A stretch of DNA of 64,000 bases from Mesoaciditogaceae bacterium (GCA_031962125.1 JAVRKU010000003.1:3133-67132), one strand, 5' to 3'; counted from the stretch's first letter, positions 1-10,854 are shown. The notes: generated by a model from the sequence alone, not told the origin. Made by a program: numbers and translations.

Positions 1-2151
1 TATTTTTTGCTCGTATCAAATATAGTTAAGACAGCCGAAAAAAATGGCATACTTGTTGGACCTGGAAGAGGATCAGCAGTATCTTCGTTAATTTCATACC
101 TTTTAGGGATAACGTTGATCGATCCGATGAAATATGATCTGCTTTTTGAAAGATTTTTAAATGAATCAAGGGTTGGCGATCCTGATATAGATATCGATAT
201 CGAAGACGATGAGAGAGATAATCTAATACGTAAGCTCTCGCAGAAATATGGAGAGGATCACCTTGCGCAGGTTGGAGCATACGGCACGCTTGGGAACCGT
301 GCTGTTGTGAGAGCTATTGGAAAAGCCTTTGGATCCAATGAAAGAGTTGTAGAGGATCTTGCATGGAGGGTATCTGGATATGAATCTGTTTCGGACGCTA
401 TCAAGAAAAATCAAGACTTAAAAAGGATGTACAAAGATCAAGAGATCAAAAAAGTGATAGATTATTCTTTAAAACTTGAAGGTTTGATTCATCACAAAAC
501 AACCCATGCTGCTGGTATTGTGATATCAAAAGACGATTTGAAAGAGAAAATTCCAATGATATTTGATAATGGCCGGTGGATCACTGAATTTGATATGGAT
601 GCTCTCGGAGAATTGAGAGTGATAAAGATAGATCTACTTGGATTGAAAACTCTTACCAATCTGAAAGATGTCCTTGGAAAGAAAACAACGAGAGGATCTT
701 TGATGGCTCTTCCAATCGAAGATCCACAAATATATACACTTTTGAAGGGCGGTGACACGATCGGTATTTTCCAGCTTGAAAGCACTTCAGCAACTGCACT
801 GACGAAAAAGCTTGCACCCGAAAAATTTGATGATGTGGTAGCATTACTCAGTCTTAACAGACCTGGGCCGATGTATTCCGGTATAGCAGACGAATATGTT
901 AAAAGAAGACACGGATCATCATCCATGAAAGATGAATTCGGACTTGATGAGATATTGAAAGACACTTACGGGATGATGATATATCAGGAACAAATAATGA
1001 AGATTGCGACAGACATAGCTAATTTTTCAGGTGAGCGTGCCGATCTTTTTCGCAAAGCCGTATCGAAGAAAGATTCAAATTTAATGGGCGATCTTAAAGA
1101 AGAATTTGTTAAAGGGTGCGTTTCAAATGGTTATAAAGAAGAAAAGGCCTTGAGGCTTTTCGAAATGATAAATCAATTTGCCTCTTATGGATTCAATAAA
1201 TCTCACAGCGTGGCTTATGCCTATATCACGGTATGGACGGCATACCTGAAAGCCACACGGACTGCTGATTTCATAGCGTCTCTTATGAATTCGAATTTAT
1301 CAGATATGACAAAATTGTCCATGTACGCACGGGAAGCTAAAAAATCATCGATAAATGTATTTTCACCGGATGTAAATGAATCAAACACATTGTTCACAGC
1401 AAATGGTAATGTTATAAGAACGGGTTTTGCGGCAATAAAAGGATTAGGCTTGAATTTCGGAGAAATTATCGAAGAGGAAAGAAAAAAAGGTAAGTTTGAG
1501 AATTTAGAAGATTTCCTTTTAAGGATGAAAAAGACTAAGGTTAATAAAAAAATTGTTGAGGCTTTAATATTTAGTGGTGCATTTGATTCGATCCTTTCAA
1601 ACAGAAAATATGCTATCGATAATCTCGACATGATGATGGACAAAGCGAATGGCGGATTGAAAATGATCCAGCAACAGCTTTTTGAAAATGGGAAGCGAAT
1701 TACATTGCCTTCAGTCGAGAATTATCCTGATTACGATCTGACTGAAAAGATGAAATTACAGAAAGAATATCTTAATATCATTTCAGATGCTGGATCCGGC
1801 GGATTCACGAAAATCATGGAAAAAGGGCATGGAAGGGTAATTTTCTATCTTTTTGAAAATAACGGAGAGATCTTTACAACGGACGGAGAGAGTGAAATTC
1901 AAATTTCTTACACTGATCCACTGGAAATGGGTGGACCTTACGATGGAGAATTTACTTATAAATCAAATACCATGATCCTATCAAAACTTTTGAAAAGTCC
2001 GAACCAGATCTTTTTATATCCCAAAGATGCCGGCGAGATTGAAAAGTACATCTCTGGATTCACCGATGCACCAGGAAAAAGCATCGTCATAAAACTGGCA
2101 AATTTTTCAATTGTTATAGATGATAAAACTTTGAAATGGGAGGCACCTTGA
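1..2151 (+). CDS. dnaE: DNA polymerase III alpha subunit (DnaE), C-terminal ~715 aa; 5' end lies outside the window
   Basis: Reading frame is open from base 1. [26 protein letters not shown] and [10 protein letters not shown] motifs are typical of Pol III alpha. Confidence 0.93.
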   Translation, partial: YFLLVSNIVKTAEKNGILVGPGRGSAVSSLISYLLGITLIDPMKYDLLFERFLNESRVGDPDIDIDIEDDERDNLIRKLSQKYGEDHLAQVGAYGTLGNRAVVRAIGKAFGSNERVVEDLAWRVSGYESVSDAIKKNQDLKRMYKDQEIKKVIDYSLKLEGLIHHKTTHAAGIVISKDDLKEKIPMIFDNGRWITEFDMDALGELRVIKIDLLGLKTLTNLKDVLGKKTTRGSLMALPIEDPQIYTLLKGGDTIGIFQLESTSATALTKKLAPEKFDDVVALLSLNRPGPMYSGIADEYVKRRHGSSSMKDEFGLDEILKDTYGMMIYQEQIMKIATDIANFSGERADLFRKAVSKKDSNLMGDLKEEFVKGCVSNGYKEEKALRLFEMINQFASYGFNKSHSVAYAYITVWTAYLKATRTADFIASLMNSNLSDMTKLSMYAREAKKSSINVFSPDVNESNTLFTANGNVIRTGFAAIKGLGLNFGEIIEEERKKGKFENLEDFLLRMKKTKVNKKIVEALIFSGAFDSILSNRKYAIDNLDMMMDKANGGLKMIQQQLFENGKRITLPSVENYPDYDLTEKMKLQKEYLNIISDAGSGGFTKIMEKGHGRVIFYLFENNGEIFTTDGESEIQISYTDPLEMGGPYDGEFTYKSNTMILSKLLKSPNQIFLYPKDAGEIEKYISGFTDAPGKSIVIKLANFSIVIDDKTLKWEAP

Positions 2152-3803
2152 TGGACAGATCAGAGATAGAGAAAAAAAGTAGGGAATGGAATGAAGAAAC
2201 AGAACGATTCATCAATAAATATCCAGAAGAAGGCAATTTTAAGGCAAGTTACGGTCAGAAAGTGAAAAGGCTTTACACGCCTCTTAATGTTGGAGATTAC
2301 GCTGAAATAGGTTTCCCGGGTGAGTATCCTTACACGCGCGGTGTCCAAAACACGATGTACCGTGGAAGGCTCTGGACAATGAGACAGTACGCTGGTTTTG
2401 GAACAGCTGAAGAATCTAACAGGAGATACAAATATCTTCTTGGGCAAGGTCAGAGTGGGTTATCAATAGCCTTTGATCTGCCAACGCAAATAGGGTATGA
2501 TTCTGATGATCCTCACTCTCTCGGAGAGGTTGGAAAAGTCGGGGTTGCGATCGATTCTTTGACTGACATGGAGACGCTTTTTAACGGTATACCACTTGAT
2601 AAGGTAAGTACATCGATGACGATAAATTCGACAGCCGCTATCCTGCTTGCCATGTACATAGCAGTTGGAGAAAAGCAAAAAGTTCCGCGAGATAAGCTTA
2701 GAGGAACAATCCAAAACGACATTCTCAAAGAGTACATAGCAAGGGGCACTTACATATATCCTCCGAAACCATCGATGAGAATAATAACGAATATCTTCGA
2801 ATTTTGCTCGAAAGAAATGCCATTATGGAATACGATAAGTGTGAGCGGGTATCATATAAGAGAAGCCGGTGCGGATGCCGTTCAGGAAGTCGCATTCACG
2901 CTTGCAGATGGAATTGAATACGTTAAAAGTGCGATAGAGGCGGGTCTCGATCCAAATATTTTCGGTAAACGTCTGTCTTTTTTCTTCGCCGCACACAACA
3001 ACTTGCTCGAAGAAGCAGCAAAATTCAGGGCAGCAAGACGTATGTGGGCAAAAATAATGAATGATAGATTCAAAGTCACAGATCCTGAGGCCTTAAAGCT
3101 TAGATTTCACACACAAACTTCCGGATCAACCCTGACAGCGCAGCAACCAGAGAATAATATAGTTAGAGTAACGATCCAGGCTTTGGCTGCCGTTTTAGGA
3201 GGGACACAATCGTTGCACACCAATTCAATGGATGAAGCGCTTGCTCTGCCCACAGAGGATTCGGTAAAGATAGCTTTGCGTACGCAACAAATAATAGCAC
3301 ACGAGTCAGGAGTTGTTAAAACCGTCGATCCTTTGGCCGGTTCCTATTACGTCGAAGCACTCACAGATGAGATAGAAAAAAGAGCTTTTGAATACATAAA
3401 GAAAATAGAGGAGATCGGTGGGATGATTTCAGCCATAGAAAGTGGATACGTTCAGCAGGAAATTTCAAACAGCTCTTACGATTACCAGAAAGCCATAGAA
3501 TCGAAAGAACAGATAATAGTTGGAGTAAACGAGTTTGTTACAGAGGGAGAAAAGTCAAGAATGACTTTGAAAGTCGATGATAATCTTGAAAAGAAACAAA
3601 TAGATGAACTTCGCCTTATGAAATCTAAAAGAAATGAATCGACCGTGAAAGTTACTTTAAAAAAAATTGAAGAGGCCGCAAAAATGAAGCAAAATCTAAT
3701 GTATCCAATAATCGATGCCGTTAAAAATTATGCGACAATAGGTGAGATCTCAAATGTGCTACGTGATATATTCGGTGAATATAAAGAGTCAGTTTTGATA
3801 TGA
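2151..3803 (+). CDS. Methylmalonyl-CoA mutase, large catalytic (TIM-barrel) chain
   Basis: [23 protein letters not shown] and [10 protein letters not shown] motifs. ATG 2151 overlaps the dnaE stop (TGATG) and follows GGGAGG at 2138-2143. The longest ORF starts at 2136. Confidence 0.92.
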   Translation: MDRSEIEKKSREWNEETERFINKYPEEGNFKASYGQKVKRLYTPLNVGDYAEIGFPGEYPYTRGVQNTMYRGRLWTMRQYAGFGTAEESNRRYKYLLGQGQSGLSIAFDLPTQIGYDSDDPHSLGEVGKVGVAIDSLTDMETLFNGIPLDKVSTSMTINSTAAILLAMYIAVGEKQKVPRDKLRGTIQNDILKEYIARGTYIYPPKPSMRIITNIFEFCSKEMPLWNTISVSGYHIREAGADAVQEVAFTLADGIEYVKSAIEAGLDPNIFGKRLSFFFAAHNNLLEEAAKFRAARRMWAKIMNDRFKVTDPEALKLRFHTQTSGSTLTAQQPENNIVRVTIQALAAVLGGTQSLHTNSMDEALALPTEDSVKIALRTQQIIAHESGVVKTVDPLAGSYYVEALTDEIEKRAFEYIKKIEEIGGMISAIESGYVQQEISNSSYDYQKAIESKEQIIVGVNEFVTEGEKSRMTLKVDDNLEKKQIDELRLMKSKRNESTVKVTLKKIEEAAKMKQNLMYPIIDAVKNYATIGEISNVLRDIFGEYKESVLI

Positions 3804-3810
3804 GGTGATA

Positions 3811-4206
3811 ATGATGATAAAGGTTATGATAGCGAAACCCGGACTTGATGGTCACGATAGAGGGGCCAAGATTATAGCTCGGGCGCTCAGGGACGGTGGT
3901 ATGGAAGTCATATATACGGGTATAAGGCAAACACCTGAGCAGATAGCCCAGGCAGCCGTTGATGAAGATGTCGATGTACTTGGCATCTCTATACTCTCGG
4001 GTGCTCACATGAAATTGATTCCAAAGATACTGTTTCTTCTCCAAGAAAAAAAAGCTGATATTCCAGTTTTCGTTGGAGGCATAATACCGGAGAAAGATGC
4101 TGTAGAACTTAAAAAGATGGGCATCATAGAAGTTTACGGACCTGGAGCCAGAACATCTGAGATAATAGAAAAGATTAAAGGATATTTTGAGCATGCAAAT
4201 ACTTGA
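3811..4206 (+). CDS. Methylmalonyl-CoA mutase, small cobalamin-binding chain
   Basis: DGHDRGAK (DxHxxG B12-binding motif), ~130-aa Rossmann-like chain. GAGGTG SD lies before ATG 3811 (track ORF starts at GTG 3805). Confidence 0.9.
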   Translation: MMIKVMIAKPGLDGHDRGAKIIARALRDGGMEVIYTGIRQTPEQIAQAAVDEDVDVLGISILSGAHMKLIPKILFLLQEKKADIPVFVGGIIPEKDAVELKKMGIIEVYGPGARTSEIIEKIKGYFEHANT

Positions 4207-5089
4207 ATCACAGATAATAGAAGGTATAAGATCACATGACAGAAAAGCTCTTGCATCTCTACTCTCTTTCTGTGAAGATGATCCTGAAAAGGCAAATGAA
4301 ATACTCAGCCATTTGAATAAAAAAAATGCCCATATCATAGGAATAACCGGAAGTCCGGGTGTTGGAAAATCAAGCCTTATAAATTCAATTCTTGATAGAT
4401 TGAAAGACAGGAAGATTGGCGTTATAGCAATAGATCCATCGAGCCCGTTCACGGGGGGTGCTTTGCTCGGAGACAGGATAAGGATGCAGTCTCATGCAAT
4501 TTCTCAAAATGTTTTTATTCGTAGCTTTGCAAGCAGGGGTGCACTTGGCGGTCTTTCTCCATCTATATACGAAGCATGTGACGCCTTTGAAACCTTCGAG
4601 ATGGATATGGTACTCGTCGAAACGGTCGGAGCAGGACAATCGGATATAGAGATAGCCAACGTCGCTGACACGGTTTTAGTGTTGCTTTCGGCAGATGGTG
4701 GTGATGAGATCCAGATGATGAAAGCTGGACTCATGGAGATAGCTGATATCTTTGTTGTGAACAAGTCGGATAACATCTTATCAAGAAATCTCTTTTCAAA
4801 ACTCAGATCGGTTGTAGAGATGGGCAAAAGGGATATTCCAATTTTTCTAACCAATACGATAGACGGTGAAGGAATAGATGAACTCATAAAAGGTATTGAT
4901 AAAAGATTTTTAAAGATCTCCACAGATGAGAGCTTTGAGACGATAAGGAAAAGAAGACTCATAAATCACGCACAGTCAAGTATCAGGCGCGAAATTGATC
5001 GGATAATGGACAGTATCAAATTTGAAAGTTCAAACATCTACGGAATAAAACGTAGAGTAATAGAGGAATTGTGCAAAAAATCATTTTGA
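4187..5089 (+). CDS. meaB: MeaB/ArgK-type G3E GTPase (mutase chaperone)
   Basis: P-loop [23 protein letters not shown]. Overlaps the small mutase chain by 20 nt. Confidence 0.9.
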   Translation: MSMQILESQIIEGIRSHDRKALASLLSFCEDDPEKANEILSHLNKKNAHIIGITGSPGVGKSSLINSILDRLKDRKIGVIAIDPSSPFTGGALLGDRIRMQSHAISQNVFIRSFASRGALGGLSPSIYEACDAFETFEMDMVLVETVGAGQSDIEIANVADTVLVLLSADGGDEIQMMKAGLMEIADIFVVNKSDNILSRNLFSKLRSVVEMGKRDIPIFLTNTIDGEGIDELIKGIDKRFLKISTDESFETIRKRRLINHAQSSIRREIDRIMDSIKFESSNIYGIKRRVIEELCKKSF

Positions 5090-5117
5090 AGGATTTGAAA
5101 GGAGGAAGAGCGCAGAC

Positions 5118-5522
5118 GTGAAAGTACTCAAGATCGATCATATTGGAGTAGCAGTTAAATCTGCCAGTACATCATCTAAAATTTATACGGATTCACTCGG
5201 TTTGAAAAAAAAGGAAGAGATACTCGAAGATCGAAGGCTCAAAGTTGTGATGATAGAAATAGGCGAGTCGAGAATAGAATTACTCGAGGATCTTGATCCT
5301 CAAGGGACGATAGCAAAATTCATAGAAAAACACGGAGAAGGTTTGAATCATATAGCATTTGAAATAGATGACATTTATAAGGCTGTTGATCAACTCAAAG
5401 CAGAAGGTTATAGAGTTACATCCGAACCGTCTGAAGGCGCTGGAGGTACAACAGTGACATTTATACACCCAAAAGATGCCAACGGTGTTCTCATAGAACT
5501 CGTTGAAAGGAGGAAAAATTAG
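5118..5522 (+). CDS. mce: Methylmalonyl-CoA epimerase (VOC/glyoxalase fold)
   Basis: 134 aa with IDHIGVAV and LNHIAFEI metal-ligand contexts. AAGGAGGAAG SD upstream. Sits inside the mutase/carboxyltransferase cluster. Confidence 0.85.
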   Translation: MKVLKIDHIGVAVKSASTSSKIYTDSLGLKKKEEILEDRRLKVVMIEIGESRIELLEDLDPQGTIAKFIEKHGEGLNHIAFEIDDIYKAVDQLKAEGYRVTSEPSEGAGGTTVTFIHPKDANGVLIELVERRKN

Positions 5523-7058
5523 ATGGATAAAAATGAAGATTTGATAAAAAGGCGAGATGTCATTCGTGCTGGAGGTGGGGAGGACAGGATAAAAAAGCAA
5601 CATGAAGATGGGAAGCTTACAGCAAGAGAAAGAATAGATCTGCTGGTGGATGAAGGCACTTTTTTTGAGATAGATGATCACATAAAACACAGATCTACGT
5701 ATTTTGGACTCGATCAGAAGTATTTTCCTGCCGATGGGATTGTAACCGGTACGGGACAGGTGAACGGAAAAAATGTTGCGATCTTCTCGCAGGATTTCAC
5801 CGTTCAGGGGGGATCTGTCGGGGAGATGCATGCAAAGAAGATCACTAAAATTCAGGATATAGCTATGAAACTTGGTATTCCTCTGATCGGTATAAATGAT
5901 TCCGGTGGTGCAAGAATTCAAGAAGGTGTCGATGCACTCTACGGTTACGGCGAGATCTTTTACAGGAATACACTTGCCTCAGGTGTAATTCCCCAGATCA
6001 CAGTCATAGCCGGCCCGTGTGCTGGCGGTGCGGTTTATTCTCCGGCAATAACGGATTTTACCATAATGGTGAATAAAACATCCAAGATGTTTATAACAGG
6101 GCCGGAAGTCATAAAGGCTGTGACGGGTGAGGATGTCTCGCAGGAATCACTTGGAGGAGCTGAAGTTCATAATTCTAAAAGTGGTGTTGCACATTTCATC
6201 GCAAAAGACGATGCCGATGCAATGGAAATAGTCAAAAAGATTCTCTCCTATATTCCCTCAAACAACATGGAAATGCCTGAAAAATACGATCAAGTCGGGT
6301 TAAAAGTCGATGAATCTTTAAACACAATGATACCGGCGAGTTCAAACAAACCTTACGATATGATAGAAGTTATAAATAAAATAGTCGATCCTGAAACTTT
6401 CTTTGAAGTCCAGCCCAAATTTGCAAGATCGATGATTACAGGTTTTGCAAGGATAAATGGGAGATCTGTTGGAATAGTGGCAAACCAGCCGAAGGTACTT
6501 GCAGGCGTTCTTGATATAGATTCATCTGACAAGGCGGCAAGATTCATACGCTTCTTGGATGCTTTTAATATTCCAATAATAACCTTCGCAGATACACCCG
6601 GATTCTTACCGGGAATTGCCCAGGAACATGGTGGAATAATAAGGCATGGGGCGAAATTGCTTTTCGCCTACAGCGAAGCGTCGGTTCCAAAGTTCACAAT
6701 CATAACGAGAAGAGATTATGGTGGTGCATACATTGCGATGGGCAGCAAACATCTCGGAGCGGATCTTGTGCTTGCCTGGCCGACTGCCGAGATAGCAGTC
6801 ATGGGAGCTGAGGGAGCGGCGAATATCATATTCAGAAGTGAGATAAAAGCTTCAAGTGATCCTGAAAAGACAAGGATCGAAAAGGTTAAAGAGTATTCTG
6901 ACACATTTTCAAATCCATATGTTTCAGCATCAAGAGGATACGTTGATACGGTAATTCTTCCGTCAGAAACGAGAAATTATCTGATCCGTGGGCTCGATGC
7001 CTTTTCATCTAAAGTGGAGGGAAAACCTGCAAAAAAGCATGGAAACATTCCTCTATGA
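5523..7058 (+). CDS. Methylmalonyl-CoA carboxyltransferase (PccB / MmdA / 12S-type)
   Basis: 511 aa with two carboxyltransferase half-domains (SGGARIQEG; DTPGFLPG; RRDYGGAY). Confidence 0.92.
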   Translation: MDKNEDLIKRRDVIRAGGGEDRIKKQHEDGKLTARERIDLLVDEGTFFEIDDHIKHRSTYFGLDQKYFPADGIVTGTGQVNGKNVAIFSQDFTVQGGSVGEMHAKKITKIQDIAMKLGIPLIGINDSGGARIQEGVDALYGYGEIFYRNTLASGVIPQITVIAGPCAGGAVYSPAITDFTIMVNKTSKMFITGPEVIKAVTGEDVSQESLGGAEVHNSKSGVAHFIAKDDADAMEIVKKILSYIPSNNMEMPEKYDQVGLKVDESLNTMIPASSNKPYDMIEVINKIVDPETFFEVQPKFARSMITGFARINGRSVGIVANQPKVLAGVLDIDSSDKAARFIRFLDAFNIPIITFADTPGFLPGIAQEHGGIIRHGAKLLFAYSEASVPKFTIITRRDYGGAYIAMGSKHLGADLVLAWPTAEIAVMGAEGAANIIFRSEIKASSDPEKTRIEKVKEYSDTFSNPYVSASRGYVDTVILPSETRNYLIRGLDAFSSKVEGKPAKKHGNIPL

Positions 7059-7068
7059 GATGGTATGA

Positions 7069-7401
7069 ATGGAAACAATATCATGGATTACGCTGATAAT
7101 AATTATCTTTATTGCAATTTTAGAGACGTTCAACTATTTTAAACGCAGGACAGATGATCTAAAAACGGGTTCTATGATAGATAAAAAAGATTACAATGGA
7201 GGAAAAAAGATCATGCCGGATGCGAAGATATCGGACATCGAAGACGAAGAAGTCATTGCTGCTATAAGTGCCGCCGTGAAAACTTACTCATGCGGTAAAG
7301 AAATTATATTGACGAAAATAAAGAAAATGGATGAAAAATGTCTGTCAAATGGATGGCTCATACATGCGCCTCAAACTTTCTGGAGAATTAGAAAGGGGTA
7401 A
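7069..7401 (+). CDS. OadG/MmdD-like small membrane anchor subunit of a biotin decarboxylase
   Basis: N-terminal TM helix plus an EEVIAAISAAV motif typical of OadG-family subunits. Lies between the carboxyltransferase and BCCP genes. Confidence 0.65.
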   Translation: METISWITLIIIIFIAILETFNYFKRRTDDLKTGSMIDKKDYNGGKKIMPDAKISDIEDEEVIAAISAAVKTYSCGKEIILTKIKKMDEKCLSNGWLIHAPQTFWRIRKG

Positions 7402-7406
7402 TCTCA

Positions 7407-7838
7407 ATGTTCAAAAAATATATCGTGAAAGTCAATGGTAAAAGTTATGAAGTTGAAGTCGAAGAAGTGGACATGGTGCAAAAAGAAAGGGTTGTTGAAA
7501 CTAAAGCAAATCCAGCCAAATATTCGGCAAATTCAAAACCGGTACAGGTTTCAAATCAATCAAACCAACAGGAAAAACAGCCTTCGGATGTGGAAAATTC
7601 TGATGCCGGTACAACAGGTAATTCTGGAGAAAAGATAAATGCTCCGATGTCCGGTACCATAGTGAAAATAAAGGCAAGGGTCGGTGAAATCGTAAAAGAT
7701 GGACAAACTTTGCTTACATTAGAAGCGATGAAGATGGAAAACGAGATTCTGGCTCCAAGAGATTGTAAAATTAAAGAAATATTCGTGAAAGAGGGTCAGC
7801 AAGTGGAGATCGATCAGATTTTAATAACAATAGAATAA
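7407..7838 (+). CDS. Biotin carboxyl carrier protein (biotinyl domain)
   Basis: C-terminal biotinyl domain with EAMKMENEI (biotinyl-Lys in AMKM). Low-complexity linker precedes it. Confidence 0.9.
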   Translation: MFKKYIVKVNGKSYEVEVEEVDMVQKERVVETKANPAKYSANSKPVQVSNQSNQQEKQPSDVENSDAGTTGNSGEKINAPMSGTIVKIKARVGEIVKDGQTLLTLEAMKMENEILAPRDCKIKEIFVKEGQQVEIDQILITIE

Positions 7839-7841
7839 AAA

Positions 7842-7866
7842 AGGCGAACATAATTCGCCTTTTTAC
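7842..7866 (+). terminator. Rho-independent terminator after the BCCP gene
   Basis: AGGCGAA-cataa-TTCGCCT hairpin followed by TTTT, 4 nt after the stop codon. Confidence 0.75.
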
Positions 7867-7868
7867 TT

Positions 7869-7944
7869 TGGTGGAGCCGATGGGATTTGAACCCACGGCC
7901 TCTTGCATGCCATGCAAGCGCGCTCCCAGCTGCGCCACGACCCC
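7869..7944 (-). tRNA. tRNA-Ala (anticodon GGC)
   Basis: Manual cloverleaf of 76 nt with encoded CCA. G3:U70 Ala identity pair, anticodon loop AUGGCAU, T-loop TTCAAAT. Confidence 0.9.
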
Positions 7945-8003
7945 ACATAACGATTTATATTCTAATACATTTCCTATGAAAAAATCAAGCACCGGGATAT
8001 TTT

Positions 8004-9128
8004 TTAAATATTCAAATTTTTTAATGCACCTTTTTCTCTTGCAGATTGATACGCCGCATCTATAACCTCCTGTGCTTTATGACCATCTTCAAAAGTTGGT
8101 GTTCCGGACAGTACCTTATCAGCCACAATTGATTTGAAAAACCATAATAAAGCGGTAAGATGGGCATCTATCATAAATCCCTGCGAAAATTTAGGAATCG
8201 GATAGAGTCTCAAAACCTCACTATAAAAATCATCATCTGACAGAAAGCTTAATTCCTCAGAAAAATTTTTTGAATTCACATCAAAAATTGCTGGAAGATA
8301 AGGATTACTTAGATCAATTCTCAAAGAACCGTGTTCTCCATAAATTGTTAAACGTGTCCCTTCATTTCCAGCTGCAACTCTTGATGCCTCAAGAGTACCT
8401 TTCGTTCCCGATTGTAAATTCATCGAAAGCAATGCCCAGTCATCGACACTCACATCTTCCAACTTTCCATCGACTGAATGTCTCTTTCTGACAATCGTTT
8501 CGATGCTTGCTGATACTGCTTCTATCTCACCTATCAAGAAACGTACAAGATCGATCAGATGAACTCCAAGATCCATAAGAGCTCCACCGCCACTTTTGTT
8601 TCTATCCTGCCTCCAGCTCATCTTTTTATCAGGGTTTAGATAACTCGAATGAAAAAATTCGCCGCGAAAAGCATAAATCCTTCCAAGCAAATTTTGTTTC
8701 AAAATGGCGTGGGCATAAGCAACTGCCGGTAGAAACCTCAACATGAATGCTACCTGATTTTTAACACCGCTTTTTGAGATATCTTTCATTATCTCTGATG
8801 TTTCAATGCTATTCATTCCAAGCGGTTTCTCACAGTAAATATGTTTTCCAGCATTTGAGGCAAGTAAGATTTCTTCTTTATGTAAAAAATTCGGTGTGCA
8901 TATGTCCACAAGATCCACGTTTGATCGTGCAAGTGCATCAATACTGTCAACGGTATTTTCAAAGCCAATTGTTAGGCCTTCCATCCGGTGCGTTTGAGAT
9001 GTTGTGAAAAGAGTTGATAAGTTAACTTCAAAATCAATCGGGACACCAAGCAAATGAATATTTTTTATCCCAAGCAGGTGAATTTTTGCTATTCCACCGA
9101 ATCCTGCTAGACCATAGTTTAATTTCAT
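8004..9128 (-). CDS. Gfo/Idh/MocA family NAD(P)-dependent oxidoreductase
   Basis: N-terminal Rossmann motif GLAGFGGIAKIH, CEKPL motif, ~370 aa. Substrate unknown. Confidence 0.8.
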   Translation of the reverse strand: MKLNYGLAGFGGIAKIHLLGIKNIHLLGVPIDFEVNLSTLFTTSQTHRMEGLTIGFENTVDSIDALARSNVDLVDICTPNFLHKEEILLASNAGKHIYCEKPLGMNSIETSEIMKDISKSGVKNQVAFMLRFLPAVAYAHAILKQNLLGRIYAFRGEFFHSSYLNPDKKMSWRQDRNKSGGGALMDLGVHLIDLVRFLIGEIEAVSASIETIVRKRHSVDGKLEDVSVDDWALLSMNLQSGTKGTLEASRVAAGNEGTRLTIYGEHGSLRIDLSNPYLPAIFDVNSKNFSEELSFLSDDDFYSEVLRLYPIPKFSQGFMIDAHLTALLWFFKSIVADKVLSGTPTFEDGHKAQEVIDAAYQSAREKGALKNLNI

Positions 9129-9223
9129 CGTTCTTCAGCTCCTTTCATCTTTTTGTCTATCAATTTAATTTTACACCCCATCCATTAAAATCATTGTTAC
9201 AGCTCATTTTTTTTCATCTTCAC

Positions 9224-9253
9224 TTGACAAAGTGCCTCTTGTTAAGGTAATAT
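9224..9253 (+). promoter_or_regulatory. Sigma-70-type promoter for the tRNA cluster
   Basis: TTGACA (9224-9229), then an 18-nt spacer, then TAATAT (9248-9253), ~20 nt before tRNA-Glu. Confidence 0.55.
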
Positions 9254-9275
9254 ATCTCTGTTAAGAGAATGAATT

Positions 9276-9351
9276 GCCCTCATCGTCTAGTGGTCCAGGA
9301 CATCGGCCTTTCACGCCGGCGGCTGGGGTCCGAATCCCCATGAGGGCGCCA
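9276..9351 (+). tRNA. tRNA-Glu (anticodon TTC)
   Basis: Manual cloverleaf of 76 nt with CCA encoded. Anticodon loop CUUUCAC. The T-loop reads TCCGAAT (C at position 55). Confidence 0.85.
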
Positions 9352-9358
9352 AGGATTT

Positions 9359-9433
9359 GGGAATGTAGCTCAGTGGGGGAGCGTTTGCCTTACAAGCAAG
9401 AGGTCGCAGGTTCAATCCCTGCCATTCCCACCA
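9359..9433 (+). tRNA. tRNA-Val (anticodon TAC)
   Basis: 75 nt, CCA encoded. Anticodon loop CUUACAA, T-loop TTCAATC. Confidence 0.9.
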
Positions 9434-9438
9434 AGAGT

Positions 9439-9516
9439 GGGGACGTGGTGCAGCTTGGTTAGCATGCCGGTCTGTCACACCGGTGGTCGCGAGTTCGAAC
9501 CTCGTCGTCCCCGCCA
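9439..9516 (+). tRNA. tRNA-Asp (anticodon GTC)
   Basis: 78 nt, CCA encoded. Anticodon loop CUGUCAC, T-loop TTCGAAC. Confidence 0.9.
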
Positions 9517-9518
9517 TT

Positions 9519-9591
9519 GCCGAGATAGCTCAGGTGGTAGAGCAGTGGACTGAAAATCCTCGTGTCCCTGGTTCGACTCCAGGTCTCGGCA
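9519..9591 (+). tRNA. tRNA-Phe (anticodon GAA)
   Basis: 73 nt ending at discriminator A. It is the only tRNA of the cluster without an encoded CCA (sequence continues CAG). Anticodon loop CUGAAAA. One U:U mismatch (28:42) in the anticodon stem. Confidence 0.85.
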
Positions 9592-9599
9592 CAGTAAAA

Positions 9600-9623
9600 G
9601 GGAACTCTTCATGAGTTCCCTTT
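9600..9623 (+). terminator. Hairpin terminator after the tRNA cluster
   Basis: GGGAACTC-ttcat-GAGTTCCC followed by TTT. Confidence 0.6.
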
Positions 9624-9645
9624 ATGCTATAATGATAGCGAAGGA

Positions 9646-10854
9646 GTGATGCCTTTGCCGTTCTACAATTATAGGGTTGTGACTCCAACTGGTAGCACAG
9701 CGGTGGGAAAATTAGAAGCCGAAAGTGAAATAGGCCTGGTTACGAAGCTTTCTCAGCAAGGATATGTTGTTTTGAATATCAAGCTGGCGAAAGTTAAACA
9801 TAGGCGAATGTCTTTACGTGCAAGGCTGGGGGATCTTGTGCTTTTCACGCGCCAGCTTGCAACGATGATAGATGCTGGCGTAAGAATAAAAGATGCTTTA
9901 ATGCTGCTCTCAAAGCAAAATGCTTTTACGCCCTCTTTTAGAAAAATTCTCACCAACGTGCTTGTTTCCATAGATGGTGGCATGTCTCTTTCTGAAGCGA
10001 TAAATGAGACAGGTGCCTTTGATCCGATCTTTGTTAACCTTGTAAAAGCAGGAGAGAGCGGTGGAGTGCTCGATAACACTTTGAACAAAGTTTCAGCTTT
10101 TTACGAACATGTTAAAAAAACACGTGATGAAGTGAGATCCGCCATGGCTTATCCTGTTTTTGTTTCAATATTTGCTTTCATAATTCTCATGGTTATAAGT
10201 CTTTTCATACTTCCAAGCCTTTTCCGTGCCTTTGGCAGCTCCAAACCGGGTGGCGTCGTTGCCATACTCATAGGGGCGAACAACTTTCTTGCGAACAACT
10301 GGTTTACATCGATCGTGGTGCTCTTACTTGCAGTGATAGGGCTTGTTTTCTTCCTGAGAACGCCTTCCGGTGCACAGACAAAAGAGGTGGTTTCCAATCT
10401 TATACCACCTATAAGATCTTTGAAGCATCTTCAAGATTCATCTAATTTCAGTAAAACACTTTCAACGCTGATTTCAAGCGGGGTATCAATAATAGAGGCC
10501 GTTGACATGGCAGCACGTTCTACCGGAAGTCATAGATTGATGAAAAAAGTTCCTGAGATGATCGATGTTTTAAAAAATGGTGGTACTTTGAAATCCGCAA
10601 TGGAAAAAAGCAAATTATTCCCACAATTGCTCGTTGAAATGGTTGGAACCGGTGAAGAATCCGGTAGGGTTGATGAGATGCTATCAAAAGTTGCTGATTT
10701 TTACGATGATGAAGCATCTGTTAAATTAAAGCAGCTGGTTTCTTTGATAGAGCCTGCCATGATAGCCATCATAGGAATTTTTGTTGGCTTTCTTGCTTTC
10801 AGTCTTTATCAAACGATGTTCAACCTTGAACAGGGCGTCGGTCAGCATTTCTGA
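9646..10854 (+). CDS. pilC: Type IV pilus / type II secretion platform protein (PilC/GspF family)
   Basis: ~400 aa with two GspF-type repeats and three TM segments. Start is ambiguous (GTG 9646, ATG 9649, TTG 9655) after AAGGAG. An extended -10 (TGcTATAAT) lies at 9625-9633. Confidence 0.88.
   Translation: MMPLPFYNYRVVTPTGSTAVGKLEAESEIGLVTKLSQQGYVVLNIKLAKVKHRRMSLRARLGDLVLFTRQLATMIDAGVRIKDALMLLSKQNAFTPSFRKILTNVLVSIDGGMSLSEAINETGAFDPIFVNLVKAGESGGVLDNTLNKVSAFYEHVKKTRDEVRSAMAYPVFVSIFAFIILMVISLFILPSLFRAFGSSKPGGVVAILIGANNFLANNWFTSIVVLLLAVIGLVFFLRTPSGAQTKEVVSNLIPPIRSLKHLQDSSNFSKTLSTLISSGVSIIEAVDMAARSTGSHRLMKKVPEMIDVLKNGGTLKSAMEKSKLFPQLLVEMVGTGEESGRVDEMLSKVADFYDDEASVKLKQLVSLIEPAMIAIIGIFVGFLAFSLYQTMFNLEQGVGQHF

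Noticed and set aside
3721-4452. 243-aa antisense ORF across the mutase small chain and meaB
   Set aside because: Same reasoning: it overlaps three confident plus-strand genes and has low-complexity composition, with no SD or promoter context.
5280-5921. 213-aa antisense ORF across the epimerase and carboxyltransferase genes
   Set aside because: Antisense to strongly supported genes, with no recognisable domain. Treated as a frame artefact.
9274-9517. ORFs of 62 and 68 aa spanning the tRNA cluster
   Set aside because: The region folds into four canonical tRNAs. The ORFs are GC-rich read-through artefacts.
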